This document shows positions 50,271 to 59,841 of a DNA stretch of 64,000 nt, piece after piece. The stretch's first letter is position 1; each line of letters starts with the position of its first letter. The notes beneath the pieces were generated by a model that saw nothing but the letters and a program-made list of their open reading frames with translations, did not search any database and was not told where the DNA came from. The DNA comes from Thermodesulfobacteriota bacterium (lineage in GTDB: Bacteria > Desulfobacterota_D > UBA1144 > Nemesobacterales > Mycalebacteriaceae): NCBI GenBank assembly GCA_965205855.1, contig OZ242184.1:1152001-1216000 (forward strand), in the 5' to 3' direction. Made by a program: the position numbers and the translations under genes.

Positions 50271-50299
50271 AAACTAAAACTAAAAATCCCCGATGTCAA
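50271..50299 (-). promoter_or_regulatory. putative sigma70 promoter for rpsU-dnaG-rpoD
   Basis: TTGACA-17 nt-TAGTTT upstream of the rpsU RBS GGGAG. Confidence 0.5.
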
Positions 50300-50308
50300 T
50301 GGAAGTTT

Positions 50309-50536
50309 CTACGATTCCGGTTTGTTTCGGTCAAAAATTTTTCCGAACATCTCCCGTTTTCGCATAACCTCTTCCTCTTCGGAAACCGGATTGTTTTGTC
50401 GTTCGGACGGGGCGGTTTCCCTTCTAGGCTTTTCAAGCCTGACGCTCCAGGGGTCCTGCTTATCGCGAATTTTTCTTATTAAACCCAACCCGTCTCCGCC
50501 TTTGTCAGCCGTGTTTGTACCACTCCTCGCAAGCAT
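50309..50536 (-). CDS. small hypothetical protein
   Basis: fills the intergenic gap with protein-like composition; no motif. Confidence 0.35.
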   Translation of the reverse strand: MLARSGTNTADKGGDGLGLIRKIRDKQDPWSVRLEKPRRETAPSERQNNPVSEEEEVMRKREMFGKIFDRNKPES

Positions 50537-50552
50537 ATAGAATTACCGTTAA

Positions 50553-50786
50553 ATGGCAAAACTTATCGGGAATGTCATAGGAAACTATATTGACATCCTT
50601 TTAAACACAATACCGCAAATGATCTCGGACACAACCGCGGTGAAAAAACTGAGCCTCTATCTTGTGGTCGCCGTGTTGTATCCGCTGGCGCTTGTAGTTC
50701 TTATCGGACTTGTAGCGGTGGCTTTTGTAGCCGTCTCAGCCATTCATCCGTTTGTTACGGTGGATAAAAACTCTCCCGCCCCATGA
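50553..50786 (+). CDS. small membrane protein
   Basis: long hydrophobic stretch; ATGA overlap with uppS. Confidence 0.55.
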   Translation: MAKLIGNVIGNYIDILLNTIPQMISDTTAVKKLSLYLVVAVLYPLALVVLIGLVAVAFVAVSAIHPFVTVDKNSPAP

Positions 50787-51520
50787 GCAGCCGTAACTCT
50801 ATTCCCCGTCACGTCGCCTTGATAATGGACGGCAACGGAAGATGGGCGCGCATGAAAAATATGCGGAGAATAGAAGGGCATCTCGCCGGAATGAAATCCG
50901 TGGGCGCGGTCGTGTCGGCGGCGCTGGAGATCGGCATAAAACACCTCAGCCTCTACGCTTTTTCCCTGCAAAACTGGGGACGTCCCAAAACAGAGGTGGC
51001 CGGGCTGATGAGTCTGCTCAGGGAATATCTGGAATCCGAAAGCGACAATCTTGTAAAAAAAGGCATCCGTCTGAACCCTATAGGGAACCTTGACAAACTT
51101 CCGCCGGATGCGGGAAAAGCTCTTGGCGAGACGGCAAAAAAAACAAAAGGCGGCAAAAACCTGACCCTGACTCTTGCTCTCAGTTACGGCGCAAGAGAGG
51201 AAATTGTGGACGCGGTCAAAAAGATAGTCATCTCCGGAATCGCCCCCGGACGTATAACGGAAAAAACCGTTGAGGCGAACCTGCACACCGCCGGACTCCC
51301 CGAACCGGACCTGCTCGTAAGGACGGGCGGGGAAATGAGACTGTCAAACTTCTTCCTGTGGCAATCCGCATATACGGAGATATATGTTACAAAAACCCTC
51401 TGGCCCGATTTCAGAAAAAGCCATCTCAAAAAAGCGGTTAAGACCTATATGAACCGCGAGCGAAGATTCGGACTGACAAAACCCTCGCGCGAAAAGGGGC
51501 GGAAGAGGCGCGGGAGTTGA
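50783..51520 (+). CDS. uppS: undecaprenyl diphosphate synthase
   Basis: HVALIMDGNGRWA, YAFS..NW.RP, RTGGEMRLSNF.LWQ, RERRFG. Confidence 0.96.
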   Translation: MSSRNSIPRHVALIMDGNGRWARMKNMRRIEGHLAGMKSVGAVVSAALEIGIKHLSLYAFSLQNWGRPKTEVAGLMSLLREYLESESDNLVKKGIRLNPIGNLDKLPPDAGKALGETAKKTKGGKNLTLTLALSYGAREEIVDAVKKIVISGIAPGRITEKTVEANLHTAGLPEPDLLVRTGGEMRLSNFFLWQSAYTEIYVTKTLWPDFRKSHLKKAVKTYMNRERRFGLTKPSREKGRKRRGS

Positions 51521-52665
51521 AAAAAATCTCCATTCTCGGCTCAACCGGCTCAATAGGCCGGCAGGCTCTTGAAGTAATAGGCCGGTTTCCGGACAGATTT
51601 GCCGTGTCATCCCTCTGCGCGGATTCAAGAACGGACATACTGAAAGAGCAGATAGAAAAATTTTCCCCCTCGGCTGTCTGTGTGAGTAGCGAAGAAAAGG
51701 CGCGGGAGTTGAAAAAAACTGCCGGTAATGCAACGGAGATACTTTCCGGAAAAGACGGGTTTTGTAAACTCGCCGCGGACGAATCGCAAACAGTCGTTTC
51801 CGCGATGGTCGGATGTGCGGGGCTTGAACCGACGCTTGCCGCCATACGACGCGGCAAAAGAGTGGCGCTCGCGAACAAGGAAATTATAGTAGCCGCCGGA
51901 CCGGTTGTTATGGATGAAGCCCGCAGGCACGGCGCGGAAATAATTCCGGTTGACAGTGAACACAGCGCCATTTTTCAGTCAATAAAGGCGGGCGGAGAGA
52001 TCAGGAGGCTTATCATAACGGCATCGGGCGGCCCCTTTAGAAACTTTTCCGAAAAAGCGCTCGCGAAGGTTACGGCGCGCGAGGCTCTGGAGCATCCGAC
52101 ATGGAAAATGGGAAACAAAGTGACCATAGATTCCGCCACAATGATGAACAAGGCGTTTGAGGTCATTGAGGCAAGATGGCTGTTTGGTATTCCACGCGAA
52201 AAAATATCCGTCTGGTTTCACCCGCAGAGCGTATTTCATTCAATTGTGGAGTTTACGGATGGAGCAGCTGTCTGCCAGATGAGTGAGCCGGATATGCGGG
52301 TGCCGATAGCGTATGCGCTTTCCTATCCGGAGCGGCTTACGCTTGAAAGCGAACGGTTGAGGCCGGAGAGACTTTCCCAATCCTCTTTTGAGGAGGCAAG
52401 CACAGACAAAACCACGCCACTTGCGCTCGCGCATGCCGCGCTTGAAAGCGGCGGAACAATGCCGGCCATTATGAATGCGGCAAACGAGGAGGCTGTGAGG
52501 CTTTTTCTCGACAACCGTATAAACTTCACCGACATAGTAAAGACCGTGAAAACAGTCATGGACGCGCATATCTCCGGGCACGCACGGTCGGTTGAGGAAA
52601 TACTTCTCGCGGATATGCGAGCGAGAGAGGAGACACGCGCGATAATCGCGGAAAGGAAAAAATGA
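51517..52665 (+). CDS. dxr: 1-deoxy-D-xylulose-5-phosphate reductoisomerase
   Basis: LGSTGSIG, LANKE, PVDSEHSA, TASGGPF, HPTW.MG.K.TIDSA. Confidence 0.96.
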   Translation: MKKISILGSTGSIGRQALEVIGRFPDRFAVSSLCADSRTDILKEQIEKFSPSAVCVSSEEKARELKKTAGNATEILSGKDGFCKLAADESQTVVSAMVGCAGLEPTLAAIRRGKRVALANKEIIVAAGPVVMDEARRHGAEIIPVDSEHSAIFQSIKAGGEIRRLIITASGGPFRNFSEKALAKVTAREALEHPTWKMGNKVTIDSATMMNKAFEVIEARWLFGIPREKISVWFHPQSVFHSIVEFTDGAAVCQMSEPDMRVPIAYALSYPERLTLESERLRPERLSQSSFEEASTDKTTPLALAHAALESGGTMPAIMNAANEEAVRLFLDNRINFTDIVKTVKTVMDAHISGHARSVEEILLADMRAREETRAIIAERKK

Positions 52666-54227
52666 GCTCAATTACGGCATTTCTTTTTATCATAGGGTTG
52701 CTCGTGTTTGTTCATGAACTCGGGCATTTTCTTGTCGCCAAGTGGTGTGGCGTGAGGGTTGAAAAATTCTCCCTGGGCTTCGGTCCGACGCTTTTGAGTT
52801 TCACGCGGGGCGAAACAGAATACAAAATATGCGCGTTGCCATTCGGAGGCTATGTGAAGATGTCAGGAGAAGGCGAAGAGCCACACATCCTTGTTGAGAA
52901 CATCGGAAAAGCAGAGAAAACGCCCTTTGAAAAAGGAGACCGCATAATCTCCATTGAGGGAACGGAAATAATGCCGGAGTCATGCTGGAGGGAAATCATA
53001 GGCTCTTTGCGCGGGCTTGAGGGCTCAAGAGAAGTGGTTGTTGAAAGACGTAACTCCAAGGTTGTCCTGAAAGCGGGATACCCGGAAATGGAACCGCTTG
53101 AAGCTTATTCTGAAAGCGAATATCCGCGTTCGTATTCCCAAAAAAGCGTTTTGCGCAGACTTTCAATCGTAACCGCCGGTCCGTTAATGAACTTCATCCT
53201 GCCGTTTGTTCTCCTGCCGGTCGCTTTGATGGCGGGGATTTATGTGCCTTCCTATACGGAGTCGGAGCCGTTTGTGCGCCGGGTTGAGAACGGAGGCGGA
53301 AAAAGTGCGATTCGCAAAGGAGACAAAATAGTTTCCATAGACGGCAAAAGGGTGAAAAAATGGACTGATGTGTCCTCGGCCCTAAAGGCGGCGGATGAGA
53401 CTGTTGAAGTTGAAATTGAAAGACCGGACGGGCGTGTGCTGGTTAAATCCCCGAAAAAAAACCTCGCGCCCGGACTCATCGCAGAAGAGCGCGTTGCGGT
53501 AGTCGGTTCGGTTGCGCCCGGCTCTCCGGCTTACAGGGCGGGCATTAAACCCAGAGACAGAATAGTCTCCATCGGGAATGAAAAAATATCCGGCTGGGAT
53601 GATATGGCACGCGTGATAATGCGAAGCGAGGGAAGGAAGCTTGATTTGAAACTGGAGAGAGAAGGTAAAATCGTTTTGGTATCAGCGGTTCCAGTTCTGT
53701 CTCCGGAAACCGGAATGGGGATTATCGGCATAACGATGAAAAGAGAGGAAACTTTCAGGAAATTTGGGGTTGTCGAATCGGTCGTCATGGGGTTCAAACG
53801 CGCCGCTTCAATGCTTGCGGAAATTGTGTCCCTTTTCTTCGGGTTTCTGTTTTCCCTGATTGGCGGCGAAATCTCTCTCGGACAGGCTGGGAAAAGCGTC
53901 GCGGGGCCTCTGTTTATAGCCAAGATGTCCGGCGCGATGGCACAAAAGGGAATTGCAAGCCTGCTGATATTCGCTTCTTTTATAAGCGTGAACCTCGGTC
54001 TTGTAAATCTTCTGCCCATACCGATCCTTGACGGCGGGCATGTGGTCTATCTCTCAATTGAAGCGGCAAGGAGAAAACCGCTTGCGCGCGCGACGCTTGA
54101 AATAACTCAAAAAATGGGATTCTCTTTGCTTATAGCGATAATGCTGATTGCAACATACAACGATGTGTTAAACCTCTGGGAAGAGATAACGAGTTGGGTG
54201 AAAAATCTCGGCGGATTAATAGGATGA
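52662..54227 (+). CDS. rseP: RIP metalloprotease RseP (multiple PDZ)
   Basis: HELGH, LPFGGYVKM, AGPLMNF, NLLPIPILDGGH. Confidence 0.93.
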   Translation: MSSITAFLFIIGLLVFVHELGHFLVAKWCGVRVEKFSLGFGPTLLSFTRGETEYKICALPFGGYVKMSGEGEEPHILVENIGKAEKTPFEKGDRIISIEGTEIMPESCWREIIGSLRGLEGSREVVVERRNSKVVLKAGYPEMEPLEAYSESEYPRSYSQKSVLRRLSIVTAGPLMNFILPFVLLPVALMAGIYVPSYTESEPFVRRVENGGGKSAIRKGDKIVSIDGKRVKKWTDVSSALKAADETVEVEIERPDGRVLVKSPKKNLAPGLIAEERVAVVGSVAPGSPAYRAGIKPRDRIVSIGNEKISGWDDMARVIMRSEGRKLDLKLEREGKIVLVSAVPVLSPETGMGIIGITMKREETFRKFGVVESVVMGFKRAASMLAEIVSLFFGFLFSLIGGEISLGQAGKSVAGPLFIAKMSGAMAQKGIASLLIFASFISVNLGLVNLLPIPILDGGHVVYLSIEAARRKPLARATLEITQKMGFSLLIAIMLIATYNDVLNLWEEITSWVKNLGGLIG

Positions 54228-54655
54228 CCGGAAAAATATCAGACAAAAAAGAAATTCTCAAGGTCAACGAGGGCTTCTATGCGGCGCTCGCCACAAGAGA
54301 TATTGACGCAATGAAAAAAGTGTGGCTGGAAACCGAAAAAGCCGGATGTGTACACCCCGGATGGGTGATAGTAAAAAACTGGGAAACCATAATGCAGAGT
54401 TGGAAAAGCATATTTGACCCTGAAGATCAGGTTGATATAAAACTGTCCGATATGTCGCTTGAAATAAGCGGCGATATGGCATGGGTAAGTTGCATACAGG
54501 AAATGGTCTACATAAAAAGAGACCCGGTAACCTTCAATATCTCGCAGTCAACAAATGTTTTCAAAAAAGACTCCAGACGTTGGGTGATGCTGATTCATCA
54601 TGCCTCGCCGATAATCGTAAGCAGTTACAAACCCGAAATGCCGAACCTGCAGTAG
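54224..54655 (+). CDS. NTF2/SnoaL-like domain protein
   Basis: N..FY.AL...D..AM..VW, CVHPGW, TNVF, HHAS. Confidence 0.8.
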   Translation: MTGKISDKKEILKVNEGFYAALATRDIDAMKKVWLETEKAGCVHPGWVIVKNWETIMQSWKSIFDPEDQVDIKLSDMSLEISGDMAWVSCIQEMVYIKRDPVTFNISQSTNVFKKDSRRWVMLIHHASPIIVSSYKPEMPNLQ

Positions 54656-54770
54656 TCACGCGTTTGCGGCGGAACCGGCAAAATATACGTCCCGTATAAT
54701 GCGGAAACGGGGAGATTTGTGTATAATAACTTTTTGCGTCTGGTAAAAACCACCGGGCGCCGGAGGAACA

Positions 54771-55631
54771 ATGAGCGAAAAAGAAACTTATGTTTACGAG
54801 CCTTTTGCCGAGACAGACGAATACAAACAGGTAAACGACGAGATAATAGGAGAGTGGGTCAGCACAATGATAGAGCGCGGCACGGAGCGCGTGGACAGGG
54901 TAATGGATATCGCCACCGGTGTCGGGACAATGGTTCAGCTTTTCGTCTCAAAGCTCCCCAAGCAATTCAACTACTCCGAGATAGTGTGTCTTGACCAGTC
55001 CGCAGAAGCGCTCAAAAGGGCGGCAGAAAAGCTTGAAAACACAGTGTCAAAGATAAGCCTTGTGGAAGCGAAGGTTCAAGACGCGAAGATTAAGAAAGGC
55101 TCCGTGGATATTGTCATCTGGGGCAACGGCATACACTACCTGAGTCCAGAAGAGCAGAATGAAAGTCTCGTGAACATCAGGCGCGGCATGAAGGACGGAG
55201 GCTGGCTTTTCTTCAATACGGCCTTCTACGAGGAGTCAAGACCGCAGGACACACTTTCCTTCTACCGCACACAGGTCAAAAACGCGGTTAAGAGTTTGCG
55301 CGCACGCGGAATAAGGAGGGAAAAAGAGCACTCAAGGGCGGAAGCGGCAAACTTCCATCCGAGAGACCACTACGAAAACCTTGTTCTGTCCGCGGGTTTC
55401 AAACTTGTGGAAGCCAAAGAGTATGGGGCGAATTTGAGCAAAGAGGCATGGGAATATATCAGTGCCTTCCAGCAATATGCGTCCGGCGCGCTTGGCGGCT
55501 ACCCAATTGAGGAAGCGTCAATAGCAATGAGAGACGCTGTCACTCCGGCGATACTTGAGCACGGCAACGACAACGGAGACGGAAAATTTTTCGTGACAAG
55601 AAACTGGCTTTCCATCTGCGCCCGCGCCTGA
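54771..55631 (+). CDS. class I SAM-dependent methyltransferase
   Basis: VMDIATGVG motif I, CLDQS, VDIVIWGNGIH. Confidence 0.75.
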   Translation: MSEKETYVYEPFAETDEYKQVNDEIIGEWVSTMIERGTERVDRVMDIATGVGTMVQLFVSKLPKQFNYSEIVCLDQSAEALKRAAEKLENTVSKISLVEAKVQDAKIKKGSVDIVIWGNGIHYLSPEEQNESLVNIRRGMKDGGWLFFNTAFYEESRPQDTLSFYRTQVKNAVKSLRARGIRREKEHSRAEAANFHPRDHYENLVLSAGFKLVEAKEYGANLSKEAWEYISAFQQYASGALGGYPIEEASIAMRDAVTPAILEHGNDNGDGKFFVTRNWLSICARA

Positions 55632-55642
55632 TTCCGTCCGAT

Positions 55643-56167
55643 CTATTTTATTTTCAGAGATACACCCGCAACAAGCAGGTAAGCCTCGTTGCTTGAGGAA
55701 ACAATCCTCTTGTTCAGCGTGGCGAGACCGGCCATATGAGAGCGGGTTTGTCTTCCGGACGGCACAACCCCCATTCCGGTTTCATTGGTTACGACTATCA
55801 GAAGACCGCTGAATTTTTCAAACTGCGCGGCGAATTGCTCTGTCATCTCACGAACCTGAGAGTCCTCCCTTTCAACAAACAGGTTGCACAGCCAGACAGT
55901 CAGGCAGTCCACAACCGCACAGCATTGCGGATTGCCAGAAAACTCCGCAAGTGCTTCCGCGAGACGGAGTGGCTCCTCAACCGTTGTGAAATCGTCTCCC
56001 CGCTCCAGTTTGTGGATTCTTATTTTCTCTTTCATTTCATCGTCAAAAGGGGTTGCCGTGGCGATAAAAACCCTTTCGGGAAATTCCGACCGCGAACGGG
56101 CTATTTCAAGGGCGCGCGCGCTTTTGCCGCCGCCAGTTCCGCCTATCAGAACTATCTTTTCGCCCAA
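55643..56167 (-). CDS. cobU: adenosylcobinamide kinase/adenosylcobinamide-phosphate guanylyltransferase
   Basis: GG..GGKS, IATA, DDEM..KI..H, TVEEP, VDCLT.W, VTNETGMG. Confidence 0.93.
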   Translation of the reverse strand: MGEKIVLIGGTGGGKSARALEIARSRSEFPERVFIATATPFDDEMKEKIRIHKLERGDDFTTVEEPLRLAEALAEFSGNPQCCAVVDCLTVWLCNLFVEREDSQVREMTEQFAAQFEKFSGLLIVVTNETGMGVVPSGRQTRSHMAGLATLNKRIVSSSNEAYLLVAGVSLKIK

Positions 56168-56907
56168 TTTTCAATCTCCTTCTCCACTATCTCTTTTGAT
56201 TTGAAAAATTCCCGCTCACCAAACATCTCAATTGTCAGAACCCCGTCGTATCCGTCCGAAAGAAAAGTGTCGGTAACATCGGATACAAAACCGAGCGGCG
56301 CATCCTGAAACCCTTTATGCCTGCCAGAACCTCGGTCATGAAGATAGAAATGAACAACCCGGGTTCTATCAGCGAATCCGCGGTATATGTCCTTCCAGCT
56401 ATCGCCCGCCCTGTAAGCGTGTCCGATATCCAGACACAGAAGCGCGCGGGATTGCTCAAAAACCGGCACAAGTTTTTCAAAAGGGTACTCAAGGTTTTCC
56501 ACAAAAAGTTCTCCATCGCATTTGCGGCAGATATCCCGCGCGGAACGAACCGCAGTCTCAGTCCATCCCTCGCCTCCCGTTTCGCCACCCGGAAGGTGCA
56601 GAACAAATCCGCGCGAGCTCAGCGGAGCTGTCAAATCCGTTATCTCGTCCATCCTGTCAAGCGAAAAATTTCTAAAAGATTTGTCCGGCGAACACACATC
56701 AATATCAACCGGAAGATGAACCGTGTAAGAAAAACCGCTCCGTGAAGACAGCTCAAGCAGGCAGCTTACCTCCGCACGAGTTGGCAGAACCTCTCTGTCT
56801 GCGCCCTCAAATATCAGCAGTTCAATGTCGTCAACAAGCCCGGCGAGTTTCCTTACATTTGAAACCATGTCCGCGGGATAGACATATGAGGTACAGCCCA
56901 GTTTCAA
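56152..56907 (-). CDS. cbiR: cobamide remodelling phosphodiesterase CbiR (AP endonuclease 2 / xylose isomerase-like fold)
   Basis: LGCTSYVYP...NV..L...VDDIELL.FE, YTVHLP, VENL, CLDIGH, TIEMF; lies between cobS and cobU. Confidence 0.75.
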   Translation of the reverse strand: MKLGCTSYVYPADMVSNVRKLAGLVDDIELLIFEGADREVLPTRAEVSCLLELSSRSGFSYTVHLPVDIDVCSPDKSFRNFSLDRMDEITDLTAPLSSRGFVLHLPGGETGGEGWTETAVRSARDICRKCDGELFVENLEYPFEKLVPVFEQSRALLCLDIGHAYRAGDSWKDIYRGFADRTRVVHFYLHDRGSGRHKGFQDAPLGFVSDVTDTFLSDGYDGVLTIEMFGEREFFKSKEIVEKEIENWAKR

Positions 56908-57671
56908 AGCAATCTGCCAGCGACGACAAAGCCCGCGACCTCGCATATCTCAATCACCGCACCGTGAACATCCCCGTTCGCCTCCCCGAAGGCGGATTTA
57001 AAAAACCTTACGAGAAAAAACGCCGTGACGGACACGACAAGAGCAATTCCGATGCCCCCGAATCCGCAAAGCAGAAACGTTATGAGGAAGGCCAAGGCCG
57101 CCGCGCGCGCGGCAATGCCCAGCGCTTCCCGCTCGCCGCCGAAGTTGAACATCGCTCCGAGGCCGCCGCTGTGGGAAACGCGTTGCGAAAAATACGACAC
57201 AATGACCGAACCTAAACGCGCCGCGGCGGGAACGGCGACAACGGCGGAGAGCATATGGTCGGGCGAAACCGAACCGAGCGCCACGATTTTGGCGACAATC
57301 ACAAATGCAACCGCGGCGGCACCGAAACCGCCGAGAGATTCGTCCTTCATAACGGCAAGCGCTTTCTCCCTGTTTCCGAAGTAATGCAGGGCGTCAAAAC
57401 AGTCTCCGACTCCGTCCAGATGCAGTCCGCGGGTTACAACGGCAAGGGCCGCGACCGCGAAAACGGCGCGGACGAAATCCGAACCAGCAAACGGGGTCAG
57501 AACTGTCATTGCCGCCGCGGCAACCGCTCCCGCAACAAGACCCGCAACCGGAAAAAACGGCAAAGCCGCAACCGCGCTCTCACGAGTCAAATCGCAAGGC
57601 GAACCCTCCAGCTTGAATATGGTTAAAAAGCGAACGGCGATTCCGGCGCCTTTGATATCGTAGCCTCTCAT
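56904..57671 (-). CDS. cobS: adenosylcobinamide-GDP ribazoletransferase
   Basis: RFLT, FFP.AG, TRGLHLDG..D.FD, MKD, GE.NGD..GA..E. Confidence 0.92.
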   Translation of the reverse strand: MRGYDIKGAGIAVRFLTIFKLEGSPCDLTRESAVAALPFFPVAGLVAGAVAAAAMTVLTPFAGSDFVRAVFAVAALAVVTRGLHLDGVGDCFDALHYFGNREKALAVMKDESLGGFGAAAVAFVIVAKIVALGSVSPDHMLSAVVAVPAAARLGSVIVSYFSQRVSHSGGLGAMFNFGGEREALGIAARAAALAFLITFLLCGFGGIGIALVVSVTAFFLVRFFKSAFGEANGDVHGAVIEICEVAGFVVAGRLL

Positions 57672-57736
57672 TAGGAAAAAGGATAACACAAAAAAAACGG
57701 GAGGGTGAAAATCGCGCCGCAGACCGCAGACTGTTA

Positions 57737-58798
57737 TCAAACGGAAGAGCGCACGACTTTGCCGCTGTCAAAGGTCGCCATTCCATTGAAAAGGTCTGTG
57801 GCGGCCTCAATCACACCCATCATCATAAGCGCTCCCGTGCCTTCGCCAAGACACATCTCGAAATCCATAGGCGCTTTCGCGCCGAGAAATTCAAGTGTTT
57901 TTGCATGCCCCCTCTCGGCGCTTTTGTGCGAGAAAAACAGATATTCTCTCACGGCGGGAGCCATGGAAACCGCGAGGCATATCGCCGCGGTCGTTATAAA
58001 TCCGTCCACGACAACCGGAATCCTTCGCGCGGCAAGCCCCATCGCCATTCCAGCCATTGCTCCGATTTCAAATCCGCCGACCTTTGCGAGTATCTCAATT
58101 GCCGCACCGCCGCCCTGCGGAAAATGTTTTTTGAGCGCATCGCCGACAATACGGGTTTTTCTCCTCACCCCTTCGGAGCCAAGCCCCGTGCCCGCGCCGA
58201 CAATATCCTCCGGACGCGCACCGTAAAAGGCGCATACGACCGCGGCCGCGGAAGCAGTGTTCGCTATTCCCATATCACCCGAAGCCACAAGTTCATAACC
58301 TTTGTCCGCGAGGTCAAAAGCCGTTTCAATGCCACCCTCAACGCTGAGTACGGCCTGCTCTCTGGTCATCGCCGCGCCTTTTGCGAAGTTCCGAGTTCCA
58401 TTTGACACCTTTTTTGAAATCACCCCGATTTCGGGTGAGAAAGCAAAATCAACCCCCATATCAACCACAAAAACATCCGCTCCGACGCGGCGAGAGAGAA
58501 CATTGACCGCAGCTCCACCATCAAGAAAGTTGAGAACCATCTGCCATGTAACTTCTTTCGGAAAGAGGCTCACACCCTCGTCGGCAATCCCGTGGTCGGA
58601 GGCGAAAACGACAACCGCTTTTTTTCCGACTTGCGGACGGGACCTACCGGAAATCGCCGCAATCCTTGCGGCCGTGTCCTCGAGAATTCCGAGACTCCCC
58701 CGCGGTTTGAGAAGCGAATCACATCGCGCCATCGCCGCCTCGTGGACCGCGCGGTCGGGAGGCGAAATTGAGGAAACCGTATTTTCAATAAGATTCAT
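57737..58798 (-). CDS. cobT: nicotinate-nucleotide--dimethylbenzimidazole phosphoribosyltransferase
   Basis: KP.GSLG.LE, FASDHG, GDMGIANT, VVDGFI, H.SAE.GH, LGEGTGA. Confidence 0.95.
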   Translation of the reverse strand: MNLIENTVSSISPPDRAVHEAAMARCDSLLKPRGSLGILEDTAARIAAISGRSRPQVGKKAVVVFASDHGIADEGVSLFPKEVTWQMVLNFLDGGAAVNVLSRRVGADVFVVDMGVDFAFSPEIGVISKKVSNGTRNFAKGAAMTREQAVLSVEGGIETAFDLADKGYELVASGDMGIANTASAAAVVCAFYGARPEDIVGAGTGLGSEGVRRKTRIVGDALKKHFPQGGGAAIEILAKVGGFEIGAMAGMAMGLAARRIPVVVDGFITTAAICLAVSMAPAVREYLFFSHKSAERGHAKTLEFLGAKAPMDFEMCLGEGTGALMMMGVIEAATDLFNGMATFDSGKVVRSSV

Positions 58799-58817
58799 GA
58801 ATATGGAAAAGGAGCCC

Positions 58818-59717
58818 TTAAACGCTTTTTCTGGAACGTGAACTCAGAACGGCCGAAGAGACTTTTACCGCCGCGAAACAGATGGCGATGCCAACAAGCG
58901 CCTGAGGCAGGAAAGACTCGTATGTGGGATAGATACCGAGAATGCCCAGAGGGGGAACAAAGCCCGCCACGGTCTCGGAAATGACGCCGGCTTCCTGAAG
59001 CTCGTGTACTCCCTTGCCTACAAGGGTGAAACTCAGCAAATACAGCGCGAGCCCGGTGATTGAAAACAGGTGTTTAATGGGCAGGCGCATGGAGAATTTG
59101 AATATGGCAAGAGACAGAACACCAACAACGGCGATACCGACCGCGAGACCCCAGAGCACCAGCCGTGTTGACGCTTCGGCCTGAAACAAAAGCGCCTGAT
59201 AGAAAAGCACCGTCTCAAGAGCTTCGCGGTAAACGGCAAGAAACGCCACGGAGGTTATCGCTATCATGCTTCCCGCTCCGGTCGCCTTGCGTATTTTGGA
59301 ATCTATATACTGCTTCCATTTCCCCACTTCTATTTTTGAAATAAGCCAGTAACTGACATAAAAAAGCACCGCCGCCGCAAGAAGCGACGTTATCCCCTCT
59401 ATCATCTCCGCCTGAGCGCCGGAAATTTTTATCACCGTAACGCTTGCCCACCAGGTCGCAAAGCCCGCGACAATCGCCCCCGTCCATCCGAAGTGCACAA
59501 ATTTTACCGCGTCTCTTTCCTCCATTGAGTAAAGGGCCGCAATCATCGCGGAAATTATAAGAACCGCTTCAAGTGATTCGCGCACGATAATTGAAAATGA
59601 ATTTATAAAAGCCATTGCTCCAATTGCCGCCACGGGTGGAACAGAATCGGCAAAAGCGGACGCGGGAAAAGCGGCTAAAACGGCCGCGGACAGGCATACG
59701 ATTCTCTTCAAACTCAT
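58818..59717 (-). CDS. FTR1/EfeU family metal permease
   Basis: two RExxE motifs (RESLE, REALE), HELQEAG, LGIYPT; signal peptide. Confidence 0.88.
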   Translation of the reverse strand: MSLKRIVCLSAAVLAAFPASAFADSVPPVAAIGAMAFINSFSIIVRESLEAVLIISAMIAALYSMEERDAVKFVHFGWTGAIVAGFATWWASVTVIKISGAQAEMIEGITSLLAAAVLFYVSYWLISKIEVGKWKQYIDSKIRKATGAGSMIAITSVAFLAVYREALETVLFYQALLFQAEASTRLVLWGLAVGIAVVGVLSLAIFKFSMRLPIKHLFSITGLALYLLSFTLVGKGVHELQEAGVISETVAGFVPPLGILGIYPTYESFLPQALVGIAICFAAVKVSSAVLSSRSRKSV

Positions 59718-59752
59718 TTGGTTCTCCTCTGCTTGTGGCTTTTAGAAGCCAA

Positions 59753-59780
59753 AGTATATATTCAAGACCTATGATGTCAA
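59753..59780 (-). promoter_or_regulatory. putative promoter for the FTR1-cob operon
   Basis: TTGACA-16 nt-TATACT upstream of the GAGG RBS. Confidence 0.5.
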
Positions 59781-59841
59781 GAATGATTTTCCATGCCCGT
59801 TTTTTGTAAAAAAAACCCGTTGTAATGTATGTTTAACCTCT

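Noticed and set aside
59718-59841. Possible cobalamin riboswitch or Fur box (AAGAATGATTTTCCAT) upstream of FTR1/mutA
   Set aside because: The region is too short and lacks a B12-box; the Fur-like match is only about 11/19.
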